Positions 28,020 to 38,449 of a stretch of DNA of 64,000 nt are shown here, piece after piece; within the stretch, counting starts at the first letter, position 1; each line of letters begins with the position of its first letter. Made by a program: the position numbers and the translations under genes. Below the pieces are notes generated by a model. The model was not told where the DNA came from, made no database searches, and saw only the letters and a list, made by a program, of their open reading frames with translations. The DNA comes from Anaerolineales bacterium UBA2181 (GTDB lineage Bacteria; Chloroflexota; Anaerolineae; Promineifilales; UBA4811), in assembly GCA_002328075.1 (NCBI GenBank), contig DCVT01000044.1, forward strand, positions 144,907 to 208,906. The letters run 5' to 3'.

Positions 28020-29011
28020 GGAGAATCGCAGCCAAGCTGTTCAACCCCAAGTCGGACCGTGCCGGGTCAGACCCGCGACGGTCACGGCGTTGGTGGAAAC
28101 GGGTCGCCTTGGACAAATCGGCCCACTATACGATGCGTTTGCTGACCATGGCGACCGTGGGTCTGGTTCCCCTCATCGCGGGTGCTCTCCTGTGGCGAGC
28201 CTGGCCCATTCTTGCCACCCATCGGCTGACGTCGCTGCTGTTCTCCCAGGCCTGGCACCCTTTGCGCGGAGAGTTTGGGTTTCTTCCGTTCATCATGGGC
28301 ACCCTCTGGGTGACCACGGTGGCAATGCTGCTGGCCGTCCCGCCGTCACTGCTGACCGCCATTTACCTGGCGGAATATGCGCCGGTGCGGGTCCAACGGC
28401 TCGCCAATCCGGTGATCGACCTCTTGGCCGGTATTCCGTCGGTGGTCTATGGGGTTTGGGGGGTGCTGGTGATTGTGCCGCTTGTCGGCAACCAGATTCT
28501 CCCGTTTGTCAGCCGTCACCTGGGCGCGTTGGCCCTATTTCGAACCGACAATCCGACCGGGTTCGGCGTGTTGGCCGGTGGCGCGGTGTTGGCAGTGATG
28601 ATCTTTCCATTGATCATTGCCGTTGCCCAGGATTTGATCCGAGCTGTGCCACAGGGATTGCGAGAGGCCTCGTTGTCACTGGGAGCCACCCGTTGGCAGA
28701 CTGTCAAGCACGTGGTGCTGCGAAGGGCACGCGCGGGGGTTGTCGCGGCTGTCGTGCTGGGCTGTTCCCGCGCCTTGGGCGAGACGATGGCTGTGCTCAT
28801 GGTGGTGGGCAACGTGCCCCAGATCCCACGCTCGATTTTCGACGCAGCCTATCCTTTGCCAGCACTCATCGCCAACAACTATGGGGAGATGATGTCGGTT
28901 CCTCTGTATGATGCCGCTCTTTTAGGCAGCGCACTGGTCTTGCTGCTGGTCGTGCTAGGATTTAACGTGGCGTCCCGCCTGGCAGTCATGCGTCTGGTCG
29001 GAACCAATTAA
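28016..29011 (+). CDS. pstC: phosphate ABC transporter permease PstC
   Basis: The ORF track opens at 27800 inside pstS. GTG at 28016 overlaps the pstS stop (GTGA) and gives a 331-aa product with 6 TM helices and the EAA-type loop LREASLSLGATRWQTVKHVVL..ALGETMAV. Confidence 0.9.
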   Translation: MRRIAAKLFNPKSDRAGSDPRRSRRWWKRVALDKSAHYTMRLLTMATVGLVPLIAGALLWRAWPILATHRLTSLLFSQAWHPLRGEFGFLPFIMGTLWVTTVAMLLAVPPSLLTAIYLAEYAPVRVQRLANPVIDLLAGIPSVVYGVWGVLVIVPLVGNQILPFVSRHLGALALFRTDNPTGFGVLAGGAVLAVMIFPLIIAVAQDLIRAVPQGLREASLSLGATRWQTVKHVVLRRARAGVVAAVVLGCSRALGETMAVLMVVGNVPQIPRSIFDAAYPLPALIANNYGEMMSVPLYDAALLGSALVLLLVVLGFNVASRLAVMRLVGTN

Positions 29012-29022
29012 GGGAGGCTCTC

Positions 29023-29880
29023 GTGAAACAGCACCGACGCCGGCGGTTAGAGGAACGCTTCTTTTTGGTTCTCATGGTTTTTTCCACCGTGACCGTGTTA
29101 GGCAGCCTGTTTCTTATCTTGTACACTATCATCCGCCGCGGTATGCCCGCCCTTTCGGTGGATATGCTGACAAAGGTCCCCAAGGGAGGCTACTATCTCG
29201 GCAAAGAGGGCGGTATCCTGAACGCGATCGTTGGGTCACTTTATCTGGCGGGCGGCGGCACGCTGATAGCGCTGGTTCTCAGCCTTCCCATCGCGCTCTA
29301 CCTGCACAGTCATGCCCGTCACTCGCGGGTGGTGCACGTAACACGGCTGGCACTTGACGTGCTCTGGGGAGTGCCAAGTATTGTCTACGGGGCGTTCGGT
29401 TTTATCATCCTCCTCGCGCTGGGTATGCGGGCTTCTCTGCTCGGCGGGATCATTGCCCTTGCCTTGCTGGAACTGCCCATCATGACCCGCGGCATGGACG
29501 AGGCCATCGCGATGATACCCGATGCGCTCAAGGAGGCGTCGTATGCGCTGGGGGCAACCCACCTGGAGACGGCCGTGAAAGTCATCCTGCGTCAGTCGGC
29601 GCCAGCTCTGTTGACAGCAGTTCTGTTGGCGTTTGGTCGCGGCATCGGGGACGCGGCATCAGTGCTTTTTACTGCCGGTTACACTGATCGGCTGCCTGAT
29701 TCGCTGCTTTCTCCGGCCGCTTCTCTGCCATTGGCCATATTCTTCCAGCTGGGCACTCCCTTTCCTGCGGTTCAACAGCGGGCTTACGCCTCCGCGTTGG
29801 TGCTGACTGTGATTGTGCTCGCCCTCTCAATTGCGGCGAGATATTTCGCCAAAAGACTCACCCGTAACGTCGTAAAATAG
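29023..29880 (+). CDS. pstA: phosphate ABC transporter permease PstA
   Basis: 285 aa, 6 TM helices, LKEASYALGATHLETAVKVILRQSAPALLTAVLLAFGRGIGDAASVLFTAG. Confidence 0.9.
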   Translation: MKQHRRRRLEERFFLVLMVFSTVTVLGSLFLILYTIIRRGMPALSVDMLTKVPKGGYYLGKEGGILNAIVGSLYLAGGGTLIALVLSLPIALYLHSHARHSRVVHVTRLALDVLWGVPSIVYGAFGFIILLALGMRASLLGGIIALALLELPIMTRGMDEAIAMIPDALKEASYALGATHLETAVKVILRQSAPALLTAVLLAFGRGIGDAASVLFTAGYTDRLPDSLLSPAASLPLAIFFQLGTPFPAVQQRAYASALVLTVIVLALSIAARYFAKRLTRNVVK

Positions 29881-29890
29881 GTAGAGAGTC

Positions 29891-30646
29891 ATGGAAGCAA
29901 CCCAGATCCGCATCCAGGATCTCAACGTATGGTACGGATCACAGCACATCCTCCGCAACATCAACGCAGCCATACCGGCTCGCGGCATAACCGCGATTAT
30001 CGGACCTTCCGGCTGTGGCAAGACCACGCTCCTTCGTAGTATCAACCGGCTGTTGGAGGAGACTGAGGGAATGCGCGTTTCAGGCCAGGTTCTTTTGGGC
30101 GGAGTCGACATCTACAGGCCCGGAGCAGATGTCACCGCCGTCCGCACGCGGATCGGTTTGCTGGCGCCCAAGCCATTTCCCCTGCCCATGTCAATCTATG
30201 AGAACGTGGCTTACGGACCGCGCATTCATGGCTGGCACAGCGGTCACCTGTACGAAATCGTGCAGCGCAACCTTGAGGCGGCGGGGTTGTGGGACGAGGT
30301 CAAAGATCGGCTGCGCACGCCCGCTTCCCGGTTGTCGACCGGCCAACAGCAGCGGCTCTGCCTGGCGCGAGCCCTGGCAGTGGAGCCCCAGGTGCTGCTG
30401 TGCGATGAACCGACTTCAGCACTAGATCCCATCTCTGCCCAAGGTGTCGAATCCCAGCTTCAACGGTTGAAACAGGACCACACCGTGGTGGTGGTGACAC
30501 ATATCCTGCGCCAAGCGCGCCGGTTGGCCGACAATGTCATGTTCATGTGGCTGGGCGAGTTGGTTGAAGAAGGAACAGCCGTTCAGTTGTTCACATCGCC
30601 CAACGATCCCCGCACCAAAGCCTACCTGGCGGGCAGCATCGGCTAA
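29891..30646 (+). CDS. pstB: phosphate import ATP-binding protein PstB
   Basis: Walker [10 protein letters not shown], signature [15 protein letters not shown], Walker [13 protein letters not shown]-loop VTHIL. The N-terminal IQDLNVWYG and C-terminal [15 protein letters not shown] are typical of PstB. Confidence 0.95.
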   Translation: MEATQIRIQDLNVWYGSQHILRNINAAIPARGITAIIGPSGCGKTTLLRSINRLLEETEGMRVSGQVLLGGVDIYRPGADVTAVRTRIGLLAPKPFPLPMSIYENVAYGPRIHGWHSGHLYEIVQRNLEAAGLWDEVKDRLRTPASRLSTGQQQRLCLARALAVEPQVLLCDEPTSALDPISAQGVESQLQRLKQDHTVVVVTHILRQARRLADNVMFMWLGELVEEGTAVQLFTSPNDPRTKAYLAGSIG

Positions 30647-30845
30647 GCAGATAACTGCGGCGCTGTGATTCCGGACCGCCAGTTGGTTCACTTGTTCCAT
30701 CATGAGCGGACCACCGGCCCCGGCACCGCCCCGCCATTGTCTGTCGCCAACGTTGTGTCGGTTTAGCACGGGTGCCGTCGTTACCGGCAGCCACTGCGCA
30801 CCATCGGAAATACGTAGAGGTGGCGTTCCCATCAACGGAGGTACC

Positions 30846-33776
30846 ATGCGCGTGTTCGTTCGGCTGGTGGCCATCACCCTGGCATTGACAACACTGGCTG
30901 GCAACCGTTCGTGGATCACGCAGGCCAGCGTCAACGGTTTTACGGGCGTCCTCTCTGGCAAGGGGCCTCTCATCCGGTTACAGGCGGGCACATTTGACCC
31001 GTTGACCCAACCGGAGCCAGATGGCTTGCCGGCCCTCCTTCGAGCCGCGTCCGAGGCCAACGGAAGCGCCGAGTATTGGATCGTGCAGTTTGGTCGGCCC
31101 GTCGGATCAGCTGACCGCGAGGCACTCGCCCAAGTGGACGCCACCGTACTGGATTACCTGCCCGACTATGCTTTTGTCGTCCGGATGGATACGTCGCCGG
31201 GATCAGTCGTGCAACGCGTGCCGGGTGTTCGGTGGATCGGAGAATACCAACCAGCCTATCGGGTTGCACCGGAACTGCACAGTTTGATCTCGCAGCACGG
31301 CTCGGAGCGGACACGGGACCTGGTAGTCAGCGTCTTTTCCGGCGCCGCCCTTGAACCGATCATCGAAAAGATCCGGGACTGGGGGGGTGCAGTTCAGCAG
31401 CAGAGCCAGTCGGAGTGGAAGAGCAAGCTCCATGTTTCATTGGATGTCGGGCAGTTGCCGCACCTGGCGGCTTTGGCAGGGGTGCGATGGATCGAGCCTG
31501 CGCCGCGGTGGGAACTGATGAACAATCAGGCAGCCACGGTAATGGAGGTTCGGCCCGTCTGGACCACGCACGGCCTGTACGGTGCCGGTCAGATACTGGG
31601 TATCTGCGACACCGGCCTGGACCGGGGCTCAACCAACCCGACCCAACTGCATGACGATTTCGAGGATGGAAGCGGGTCTTCACGCGTCATAGCCATTTTG
31701 GACACAGCCGGAGATGGAGACACAGCAGACCGAATCAGCGGCCACGGCACGCACGTGTCCGGGTCCGTCCTGGGCAACGGAGTCCGCTCGGGCGCGAATC
31801 CATCCACCCACACCTACCCAGACACGGCATACGCGGGGATCGCTCCTGAGGCCAGCCTGGTCTTCCAGGCGGCCGAAGCCGGGCCAGTCGGCGGTCTCGT
31901 GCTGCCGCCGGACCTCAATGACCTTTTTTCCCAGGCCCAACGCTACGGTGTCACCATCCACACCAATAGTTGGGTCAGCGAGGTAATCGGGCAGTACACG
32001 GAGAGCGCGGCCGAAGTGGACGAATTCGTTTGGAGTCATCCGGGCTTTACAATCGTGTTCGCCGCCGGCAATTCAGGTCGGGACACGAACCCGACCAACG
32101 GCATGGTGGACCTTTCGTCCGTCAACAGCCCGGCAACGGCCAAGAACTGCATAACCGTCGGTGCGTCCGAGAACAATCGGCCGGGAATCACCAGCACATG
32201 GGGAGGCCTGTGGCCGTCGCGCTTTCCCGTCGATCCAATCCGGAGCGACCGGGTAGCTGACCGGACCGACGGGATGGCGGCCTTTAGCAGCCGCGGACCC
32301 ACGCAGGACGGCCGGACGAAACCGGACCTAGTGGCGCCAGGAACATACGTCGCATCCACCCGGTCTTCGGTAGCCTCCGAAAACGGGTGGGGCGTGGTCA
32401 ACGACCACTACATGTACAATGGCGGCACCAGCATGTCCGCCCCCCTGGTGGCTGGCGCTGTCGCGCTCACCCGGGAGCACCTGACCGACGCGCACGGTCA
32501 TACACCCTCGGCCGCGCTACTCAAAGCGATTCTGATCAACGGTGCAAACGACATCTCGCCCGGGCAGTATGGCACAGGGGCCTTTCGCGAGATTCCAGGC
32601 ACCCGACCCACTCTGGTCTCAGGTTGGGGCCGAGTTGACCTGGGTCAGAACCTTTTCCCTGACGCAGGACGAATCTTGAGCTACCGCGACGAAAAGACCG
32701 GTCTCAACACAGGGCAGGTGGCCATGTACTCGTACCAGGTCATCAGCTCGGCCGCGCCCCTGAGAATCACGTTGGCATGGAGTGATTATCCCGGTGCCCC
32801 GGCCGCGCAGACCGCGCTGGTGAACGACCTCAACCTGCAGGTGACAGGTCCGGGCGGCGTGATCTACTACCCAACCGGCGGTCGGGGGCCGGACGCCGAT
32901 CATACCAACAACGTGCTGGGCGTGGATGTCGTCAGTCCGCCAATCGGCACCTACGAAATAGCGGTGTCCGCCTTCAATGTGCCGTTTGGTCCCCAACCCT
33001 ACGCGTTAGTCCTCAGCGGAATCGTCGGGAACACTCCACCGGTAATCGCCACCCTTCCCAACCCAATCATCCAAGCCAGTCAGTTCGCTGACGATCTGAT
33101 TGACTTGTGGGCTTACACATGGGATCCTCAGACGCCCAATCCGGGTCTCACGTTCCAGATCACCAACCTCAACGACCCACCTGTGATCAATTCGGGCGTG
33201 TTTGTGGATGGCAATCGGCACATTGACGCCAATCCGGTCCCGGGCTGGATCGGGCAGGCTACAGTCGGCGTGATAGCAACCGACCCGGACGGACTGCTCG
33301 GCAGCGGTAGCTTTCTGGTGACGGTTACCAATATCCAATCCATGTACCTGCCCATCATCGCTCAGACCAATCCGCCGCCGCCCAGAATCAGCGTCAATCC
33401 ACCGTCCGGACCTGTCGGGACGCCGTTCTATTTTACCGGAGCGCATTTTGCTCCCAATGAGACCATCTCACACTGGATCATCGCGTCCGACAACTATCGG
33501 GCGGACTTGGACGTCTTTCAGACAGGGAGCTCGGGCAGTTTCATCTACGGCGTCACCCTGATCGGTGGTTGGCCCAGCGGCATTTACGCCTATTATGCCC
33601 GCGGTTTTGTGACTCAGATCACTGCGCAGGTCCTTTTCACCGTTACTCCCGGCGGGCGAACCCCTACACTGGGCAGCAGACTCGCGCTGGAAAGCCAGAT
33701 CGTCTTCAGGTGGAGCGACAACGATCTGCCGGGCTTTGCCGGCACTGGCCCGACCACCAACTCTGTGGTACACTGA
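30846..33776 (+). CDS. secreted subtilisin-like (S8) serine protease with I9-type propeptide and long C-terminal Ig-like/beta-rich extension
   Basis: The ORF opens at 30702, but ATG 30846 (GGAGG upstream) starts a signal peptide, MRVFVRLVAITLALTTLAG. Catalytic triad motifs: ICDTGLD (Asp), SGHGTHVSGSV (His), GTSMSAPLVAGAVAL (Ser). Propeptide-like EYWIVQFGRPV...AFVVRMD. Confidence 0.9.
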   Translation: MRVFVRLVAITLALTTLAGNRSWITQASVNGFTGVLSGKGPLIRLQAGTFDPLTQPEPDGLPALLRAASEANGSAEYWIVQFGRPVGSADREALAQVDATVLDYLPDYAFVVRMDTSPGSVVQRVPGVRWIGEYQPAYRVAPELHSLISQHGSERTRDLVVSVFSGAALEPIIEKIRDWGGAVQQQSQSEWKSKLHVSLDVGQLPHLAALAGVRWIEPAPRWELMNNQAATVMEVRPVWTTHGLYGAGQILGICDTGLDRGSTNPTQLHDDFEDGSGSSRVIAILDTAGDGDTADRISGHGTHVSGSVLGNGVRSGANPSTHTYPDTAYAGIAPEASLVFQAAEAGPVGGLVLPPDLNDLFSQAQRYGVTIHTNSWVSEVIGQYTESAAEVDEFVWSHPGFTIVFAAGNSGRDTNPTNGMVDLSSVNSPATAKNCITVGASENNRPGITSTWGGLWPSRFPVDPIRSDRVADRTDGMAAFSSRGPTQDGRTKPDLVAPGTYVASTRSSVASENGWGVVNDHYMYNGGTSMSAPLVAGAVALTREHLTDAHGHTPSAALLKAILINGANDISPGQYGTGAFREIPGTRPTLVSGWGRVDLGQNLFPDAGRILSYRDEKTGLNTGQVAMYSYQVISSAAPLRITLAWSDYPGAPAAQTALVNDLNLQVTGPGGVIYYPTGGRGPDADHTNNVLGVDVVSPPIGTYEIAVSAFNVPFGPQPYALVLSGIVGNTPPVIATLPNPIIQASQFADDLIDLWAYTWDPQTPNPGLTFQITNLNDPPVINSGVFVDGNRHIDANPVPGWIGQATVGVIATDPDGLLGSGSFLVTVTNIQSMYLPIIAQTNPPPPRISVNPPSGPVGTPFYFTGAHFAPNETISHWIIASDNYRADLDVFQTGSSGSFIYGVTLIGGWPSGIYAYYARGFVTQITAQVLFTVTPGGRTPTLGSRLALESQIVFRWSDNDLPGFAGTGPTTNSVVH

Positions 33777-33839
33777 AAATGCTGATGAAAATAAATACGC
33801 CCCGTCCACCTGCCGGCCGGGACAGAGGGAGAGAGAGCA

Positions 33840-34706
33840 ATGACCAAGGTTGCGGTAGTTACGGATAGTGCCGCCAGCATCCCGGACGAGCTGATCCAAT
33901 CATTGAACATCCATTGGGTCCCTTACTACATCCATCGGGGAAAGGAGACCCTGTGGGATCTGGTGACCGTCCATCGCGACGCCTTTTACCGATGGCTTCC
34001 CATGGCCACCGAACTCCCCAAGACCGCCAGCCCGGGCCCGGGCGACTATGTGACCATGTACCAAGGCCTGGCCAAGGAGGGAGTCCAGGAGATTATCAGC
34101 ATTCACATGACATCCAAAGGCAGCGGCGCCTATCAGGCTGCCATGGCGGCCAAGTCGATGATGCTGGAGTGGCTACCAGAGTTGCGTCTGGAGGTGGTGG
34201 ACACCCTCAACGTCTCGATGTGCCAGGGATGGATGGTGATCGAGGCGGCCCGCTCTGCGTTGGCGGGCAAATCGCTTTCCGAAATTGTGGGCCTTGTCAA
34301 GCGCATCATACCCACCGCGCGCATGATCCAGACGGCCGATTCCCTCAAATACCTCTACATGGGAGGCCGAATAGGCCAGGCCAAACGAATGGTCGGGTCG
34401 CTGCTCAACATCAAGCCACTGATCGGTATGGAAGACGGGGTCATCGTCGCGCTAGGGCAGGCGCGCAGCCGGAACAAGGCCTACCAGGCCATGGCGCAGA
34501 TGGTTGAAACCGCCGCCGGCAAGATGGGCAAGATCAAGATTGCCTACGTCCACGCCGCGGCGCTGGAGGAAGTGGACAAGATCAGAACGCTGGTGGAGGA
34601 ACGCCTAACATGTGTCGAATCCCTGGTTGCCGAGCTATCGCCAGCCTTGGGAGTTCACACTGGCCCCGGCACTTCCGGGCTCTGCTTCTACCCCGTGGCG
34701 GACTGA
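33840..34706 (+). CDS. DegV-family fatty-acid-binding protein
   Basis: MTKVAVVTDSAASIPDELIQSLNIHWVPYYI, TASPGPGDY, SIHMTSKGSGAYQAA and LYMGGRIG are colinear with the DegV family. Confidence 0.85.
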   Translation: MTKVAVVTDSAASIPDELIQSLNIHWVPYYIHRGKETLWDLVTVHRDAFYRWLPMATELPKTASPGPGDYVTMYQGLAKEGVQEIISIHMTSKGSGAYQAAMAAKSMMLEWLPELRLEVVDTLNVSMCQGWMVIEAARSALAGKSLSEIVGLVKRIIPTARMIQTADSLKYLYMGGRIGQAKRMVGSLLNIKPLIGMEDGVIVALGQARSRNKAYQAMAQMVETAAGKMGKIKIAYVHAAALEEVDKIRTLVEERLTCVESLVAELSPALGVHTGPGTSGLCFYPVAD

Positions 34707-34744
34707 CCGGCCGACCACAACCGGTCACTCTGCCAACTACCGGC

Positions 34745-34763
34745 CTCGCCGTTATTCGGCGAG
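34745..34763 (+). terminator. stem-loop between the convergent degV and hydrolase genes (possible terminator)
   Basis: CTCGCCG-TTATT-CGGCGAG is a perfect 7-bp stem with a 5-nt loop, followed by TCTT. The U-tract is poor, so its function is uncertain. Confidence 0.35.
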
Positions 34764-34792
34764 TCTTGACCGGTACCGCCTCTATCTACCGG

Positions 34793-35584
34793 TCAGACAA
34801 TTGCAGCCATCCAGTCGCGGATGGCACCCAAATACTGGCTCATGCCTACGGCCAGCAGGTCGTTGTGACCAGCCTCAGCAACCACCAGCAACCGTTTGCG
34901 CACGGCGCCGCACCGCTCATAGAGCGCGCGGCCGTCCACAACCGGAACAAGCCGGTCTTCCTCGCCGTGGATCACCAATGTTGGCGCGTTAACCCGGCTT
35001 ATCTTGCCCAGGTTGTCAAAGCCGTCACGCGCCTCATCAAACCCGGCCATACGCACCCCCATGCGGGTTAACAGGCCGCCCGTGTCGGCAAATCCGGACT
35101 CGATAATCAGTCCATCCAGGTTCTCCGTGACCTGGCAGGCTACCTGGATGGCAGCCGCACTGCCCAGCGAGCGACCCATCACCACCTGCCGCGTCGGTTC
35201 CAAACCGTGCTCCCGGGCCACCGCGCCGGTCGCCTTGAACGCCAGAACCGCATCGCCAAGCAGCGTCCGGGCGCCAGGCTGCCCGCCACTCCGGCCGTAT
35301 CCGCGAAAGTCCATCACCAGCAAGGTGACGTCCAACCAGGTGAACAGTGGGGCCAGCTCGTCGTAATCGGCCGCAATTTCGCCGTTGCCGTGAAAAAACA
35401 CCAGCAACGGCGCATTGGGGCTGGCGGGAAACAGCCGGCCGCCCACGGTCACGCCCGGTGCCACCTCCACCGCCACCAGGCGGACTCCCTTTCCAGGCTC
35501 AACCCACCCACCTGCCTCGGGTCGGGGGCGAAAAAGGGCTCGCAGAACGTGTGGTGCTTCCAGCCGTTCCAGAGGGTTTTCCAC
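34793..35584 (-). CDS. alpha/beta-fold hydrolase
   Basis: 263 aa. Contains LLVFFHGNGE, the nucleophile elbow VVMGRSLGSAAAI (G-x-S-x-G), PTLVIHGEEDRLVP and a C-terminal GHND (His). Confidence 0.75.
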   Translation of the reverse strand: MENPLERLEAPHVLRALFRPRPEAGGWVEPGKGVRLVAVEVAPGVTVGGRLFPASPNAPLLVFFHGNGEIAADYDELAPLFTWLDVTLLVMDFRGYGRSGGQPGARTLLGDAVLAFKATGAVAREHGLEPTRQVVMGRSLGSAAAIQVACQVTENLDGLIIESGFADTGGLLTRMGVRMAGFDEARDGFDNLGKISRVNAPTLVIHGEEDRLVPVVDGRALYERCGAVRKRLLVVAEAGHNDLLAVGMSQYLGAIRDWMAAIV

Positions 35585-35666
35585 TTGTGCCGGCTACCGG
35601 TTGGCTGTGTCGCCCAGACGGCGCAGACACCGCGCCAACGGGCTAGAGCGCGCCGCGCCGCACCCT

Positions 35667-37055
35667 TTACCCGAAATGCGCCGCCAATCGGTCCTGGAGC
35701 GCCTTCTCCTCGCGATACGCTGGACTGTCCAGCAGCTCTTGCACCGCGCCGGCCGTTCGCTGAGTAGCCGGCCAGTGCTCCTCGGCCGCCATCCGCAACA
35801 GCAATCGGGCCGCCAGAGCAGCCGCCTCACGCATGTCGGCCAGGTCCACTTTGTCCACCGTGTCGTATTGGGTGTGGCCGTAGCCTCGACCCTCGAGCGA
35901 CCGGCCAGCCGACTGAATCCCACCGGTGGGTACGCCGGCCAGGAAGAACGGATAGTGATCTGAATGGGCGTTGACCGACTGCCCCACCTCAAATGTGGCC
36001 GCCATCTCTTCGCGCCACCGCTCAAAGAGCGGTTCCAGAACCGGCCACTCGTTCAGGACCAGGTCGCGCCGCATGTCGCGGGCACCGGCGGCATCCATGT
36101 TGAGGTAGAACCGGATTGTCGGCAGGTCGACGGCATGGGCCGCCGCATACGCTTGCGAACCCAAAAGACCAATCTCCTCGACCCCCCACAAGGCAAAGCG
36201 CACGGTGCAGCGCAGCGGCGGGGCGTGGGAAGCCAGCACTCTCGCTGCCTCCAGCAGGGCGGCCACGCCAGAGGCGGGGTCACCCGCTCCCTGCGAGATG
36301 TCGTGCCCATCATAGTGGCACCCCACCAACACAGAGCGCTCTGGTTCCTCCCGGCCGGGGAGGTCACCCAAGACGTTCCACGACGTCTTGGGTTGGCTGC
36401 TGTCGGTGGTAGTGAGGCGGAATTGGATCTGGCCATGCTGCTTGGCCAATCGCCTAATGGCAGCGCCGTCTTCATAACAGACCGCGACACCCGGGATAGG
36501 CGCCAACTGATTTCGCCCGATGCTGCCGGTGGCTGGACCGTAGGCGGGGTAATGGTTGACAAAGATGAAACCGGTCGCCCCGGCCAACAGACTACGGCCG
36601 TACTTTTCGTTGCGGTGGATCCAGCGGTTGGCCCCCTTGGGGTTGACGACGCTGGTGGTCATAACGATGTTACCATGGATCTCCTCCGCCCGCAGATCAA
36701 AATCCTCCGGCGCACCATCGCCCATATCCACCAGTCGGCCAGTCAGCTCTCCAGCCGGCGAGTGTGGCAGGCTGATGCATGGGATGTTGCGTTCCACGGG
36801 GCTGACCACCTCTAGCCGGGCATCTCCCCGTATCCAAGCCTTGAAAGGCACCGGTTCCAGGCGGACGTTGCGCAGTCCGTACCCCTGCATCTTTTCCACC
36901 ATCCACTGCGCCGCCTGGCGTTCACCCTCGGTGCCGCCGAACCGGGAGCCAAAACGGTCGCACAGGACAATCAAGTTGTCCATCGCTTCCATGCTTGTGT
37001 ACAGATCACCGACGATTCTGCTGTCTAGTTCGGAATACGGATTCGTGTGGTCCAC
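35667..37055 (-). CDS. M28-family metallopeptidase (aminopeptidase) with PA-like insert
   Basis: The ORF opens at TTG 37130. GTG 37055 has AGGAG 5 nt upstream. Metal and catalytic motifs: GCHYDGHD, GAGDPASGVAALLE, ALWGVEEIGLLGSQAY, LNMDAAG, HSDHYPF. Confidence 0.8.
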   Translation of the reverse strand: MDHTNPYSELDSRIVGDLYTSMEAMDNLIVLCDRFGSRFGGTEGERQAAQWMVEKMQGYGLRNVRLEPVPFKAWIRGDARLEVVSPVERNIPCISLPHSPAGELTGRLVDMGDGAPEDFDLRAEEIHGNIVMTTSVVNPKGANRWIHRNEKYGRSLLAGATGFIFVNHYPAYGPATGSIGRNQLAPIPGVAVCYEDGAAIRRLAKQHGQIQFRLTTTDSSQPKTSWNVLGDLPGREEPERSVLVGCHYDGHDISQGAGDPASGVAALLEAARVLASHAPPLRCTVRFALWGVEEIGLLGSQAYAAAHAVDLPTIRFYLNMDAAGARDMRRDLVLNEWPVLEPLFERWREEMAATFEVGQSVNAHSDHYPFFLAGVPTGGIQSAGRSLEGRGYGHTQYDTVDKVDLADMREAAALAARLLLRMAAEEHWPATQRTAGAVQELLDSPAYREEKALQDRLAAHFG

Positions 37056-37188
37056 ATGTTCTCCTGTTACTGGGCAAACCCGCCGGCACCCCAAGCCATG
37101 GATCGTCTCCGATGGGTACCAGAGTGCCAATCTCGAGCAGGGCGGTTATTCGACGTCTGGCGCCAAGTGGCCAACATTCTGGGGCGCC

Positions 37189-37217
37189 ATTTTACCCAAA
37201 CCTGCCCAAGTCGGCAA
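37189..37217 (-). promoter_or_regulatory. possible sigma70-like promoter for the M28 peptidase gene
   Basis: The minus strand reads TTGCCG-N17-TAAAAT within the 330-nt gap that follows the ATP-grasp gene stop (37385). Confidence 0.25.
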
Positions 37218-37384
37218 CCAGATCGAGCCTGACCGGCCGCATGTCAGGCGCTGACAGTCTTGGGAACGGCCAGTTCGAGGCCAACCAAGTACGCCGGACG
37301 CTCGCAGAAGAGGGGTGGCCTCAGTCGGAGCGTTTACCGAGTCAGTGCGCAGGTTTGTGAGCCGACTGCTCGAGGTGCCCGGCG

Positions 37385-38449
37385 TCAATCCATTCCGTAT
37401 CGCGTCAGGGCCTCATCCAGGATCATGTTTACCAGTTCTGCGTGACCGATACCGGCCGCGTTGGCCTCCAGGACCAGGTCGCTGATGCCCGGCGCCAGTC
37501 CGGGCAAGGGGTTGACCTCCAGGATGTACGGTCTGTCACCATCGGATGCATCCAGCCGAAAGTCGACGCGCGCCACATCCAGGCAACCGGTGACCCGAAA
37601 CGTCGCCGCCGCCAACCAGTTCAGGTCCTCCACCAGCCCCGGAGATAGCGGCGCCGGGCAAAAGTACGCCAATTGGTCGGCCAGGACAGTCTTGGCCCGG
37701 TTGGTGTACACGCCGCCCTCCTCATGGCTGTACTCACCCAGGCTGATCTCCAGTGGTGGCAGAAAGCGCAGGCCACGGATAATGCGGGGCGCGTCTTCGT
37801 CATCCGGCAGACGTCGCGCCACCGGTGGAACCAGGTTACCCACCAGGCCAACGGTGATATCCCGTCCGTCGATGAACCTCTCCACCAACACAGGCTCATC
37901 GTACGCCTCCAACATCTGTGTCACCTGCTCCCGCAGCTCGGCTGCGTTATGAACGACGGATTGGGCGCTGATGCCGATGCCGGTACCTTCCCGGCTTGGC
38001 TTGACAAACAGGGGAAAGGTCAACGCCGGATCCAGGGGCTCATCGATCCGTTCAAAGGTCTGAAAAGCCGGTGTCGGCAGGTCATGGTAAGCCAGGACAC
38101 GTTTGGTCATCGGCTTGTCCAGGGTCACGGCCAACGCCAGCACCTTCGAACCGGTGTACGGGATGCGCAACATCTCCAGCATCGCTGGCACGTGCGATTC
38201 CCGACTGTCACCCCAGTGACCCTCACAGATGTTAAAGCAGATGTCCGGTCTGACCTCTCGCAGGCGGTCATACAAGGTGACATCCCCCTCCAGAAAAGTA
38301 ACCCGGTGTTCGCGTTGGCGCAGGGCGTCGGCGATAGCCTCGATGGTACTTGACGAATCCAGGTCGGCCCAATAGTCCGTCGGCATGCCGGGCACTTGGG
38401 GTGCGTTTTTCTTGAGGTTAGCCAGCAATGCGATGTGCAGCAAAGCCAT
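37385..38449 (-). CDS. ATP-grasp ligase of the D-alanine--D-alanine ligase family
   Basis: The ORF opens at 38533. ATG 38449 is preceded by GAGGAGAAAAGGA and starts MALLHIALLANLKKNAP.... It shows an ATP-grasp layout: LDKPMTKRVLAYHDLPTPAF, LFVKPSREGTGIGIS, VLVERFIDGRDITVGLVG, RVDFRLD...PYILEVNPLPGL. The start lies 32 nt inside the 3' end of kamA. Confidence 0.8.
   Translation of the reverse strand: MALLHIALLANLKKNAPQVPGMPTDYWADLDSSSTIEAIADALRQREHRVTFLEGDVTLYDRLREVRPDICFNICEGHWGDSRESHVPAMLEMLRIPYTGSKVLALAVTLDKPMTKRVLAYHDLPTPAFQTFERIDEPLDPALTFPLFVKPSREGTGIGISAQSVVHNAAELREQVTQMLEAYDEPVLVERFIDGRDITVGLVGNLVPPVARRLPDDEDAPRIIRGLRFLPPLEISLGEYSHEEGGVYTNRAKTVLADQLAYFCPAPLSPGLVEDLNWLAAATFRVTGCLDVARVDFRLDASDGDRPYILEVNPLPGLAPGISDLVLEANAAGIGHAELVNMILDEALTRYGMD

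Noticed and set aside
30736-30760. TGTC-containing repeats (ATTGTCTGTCGCCAACGTTGTGTCGG) upstream of the S8 protease, considered as a second Pho box.
   Set aside because: The heptamers deviate from C/TTGTCAT/C and the spacing (4 and 14 nt) is not helical-turn phased.
30702-30845. Long N-terminal extensions offered by the ORF track, here and at 42181..44124, 44720, 45433, 47856, 51718, 58804, 27800, 38533, 39929 and 37130.
   Set aside because: The extensions overlap the preceding gene or a promoter, lack family-conserved sequence, and bypass internal starts. Those internal starts have good Shine-Dalgarno sites, signal peptides or canonical 4-nt overlaps. The shorter starts were used instead.
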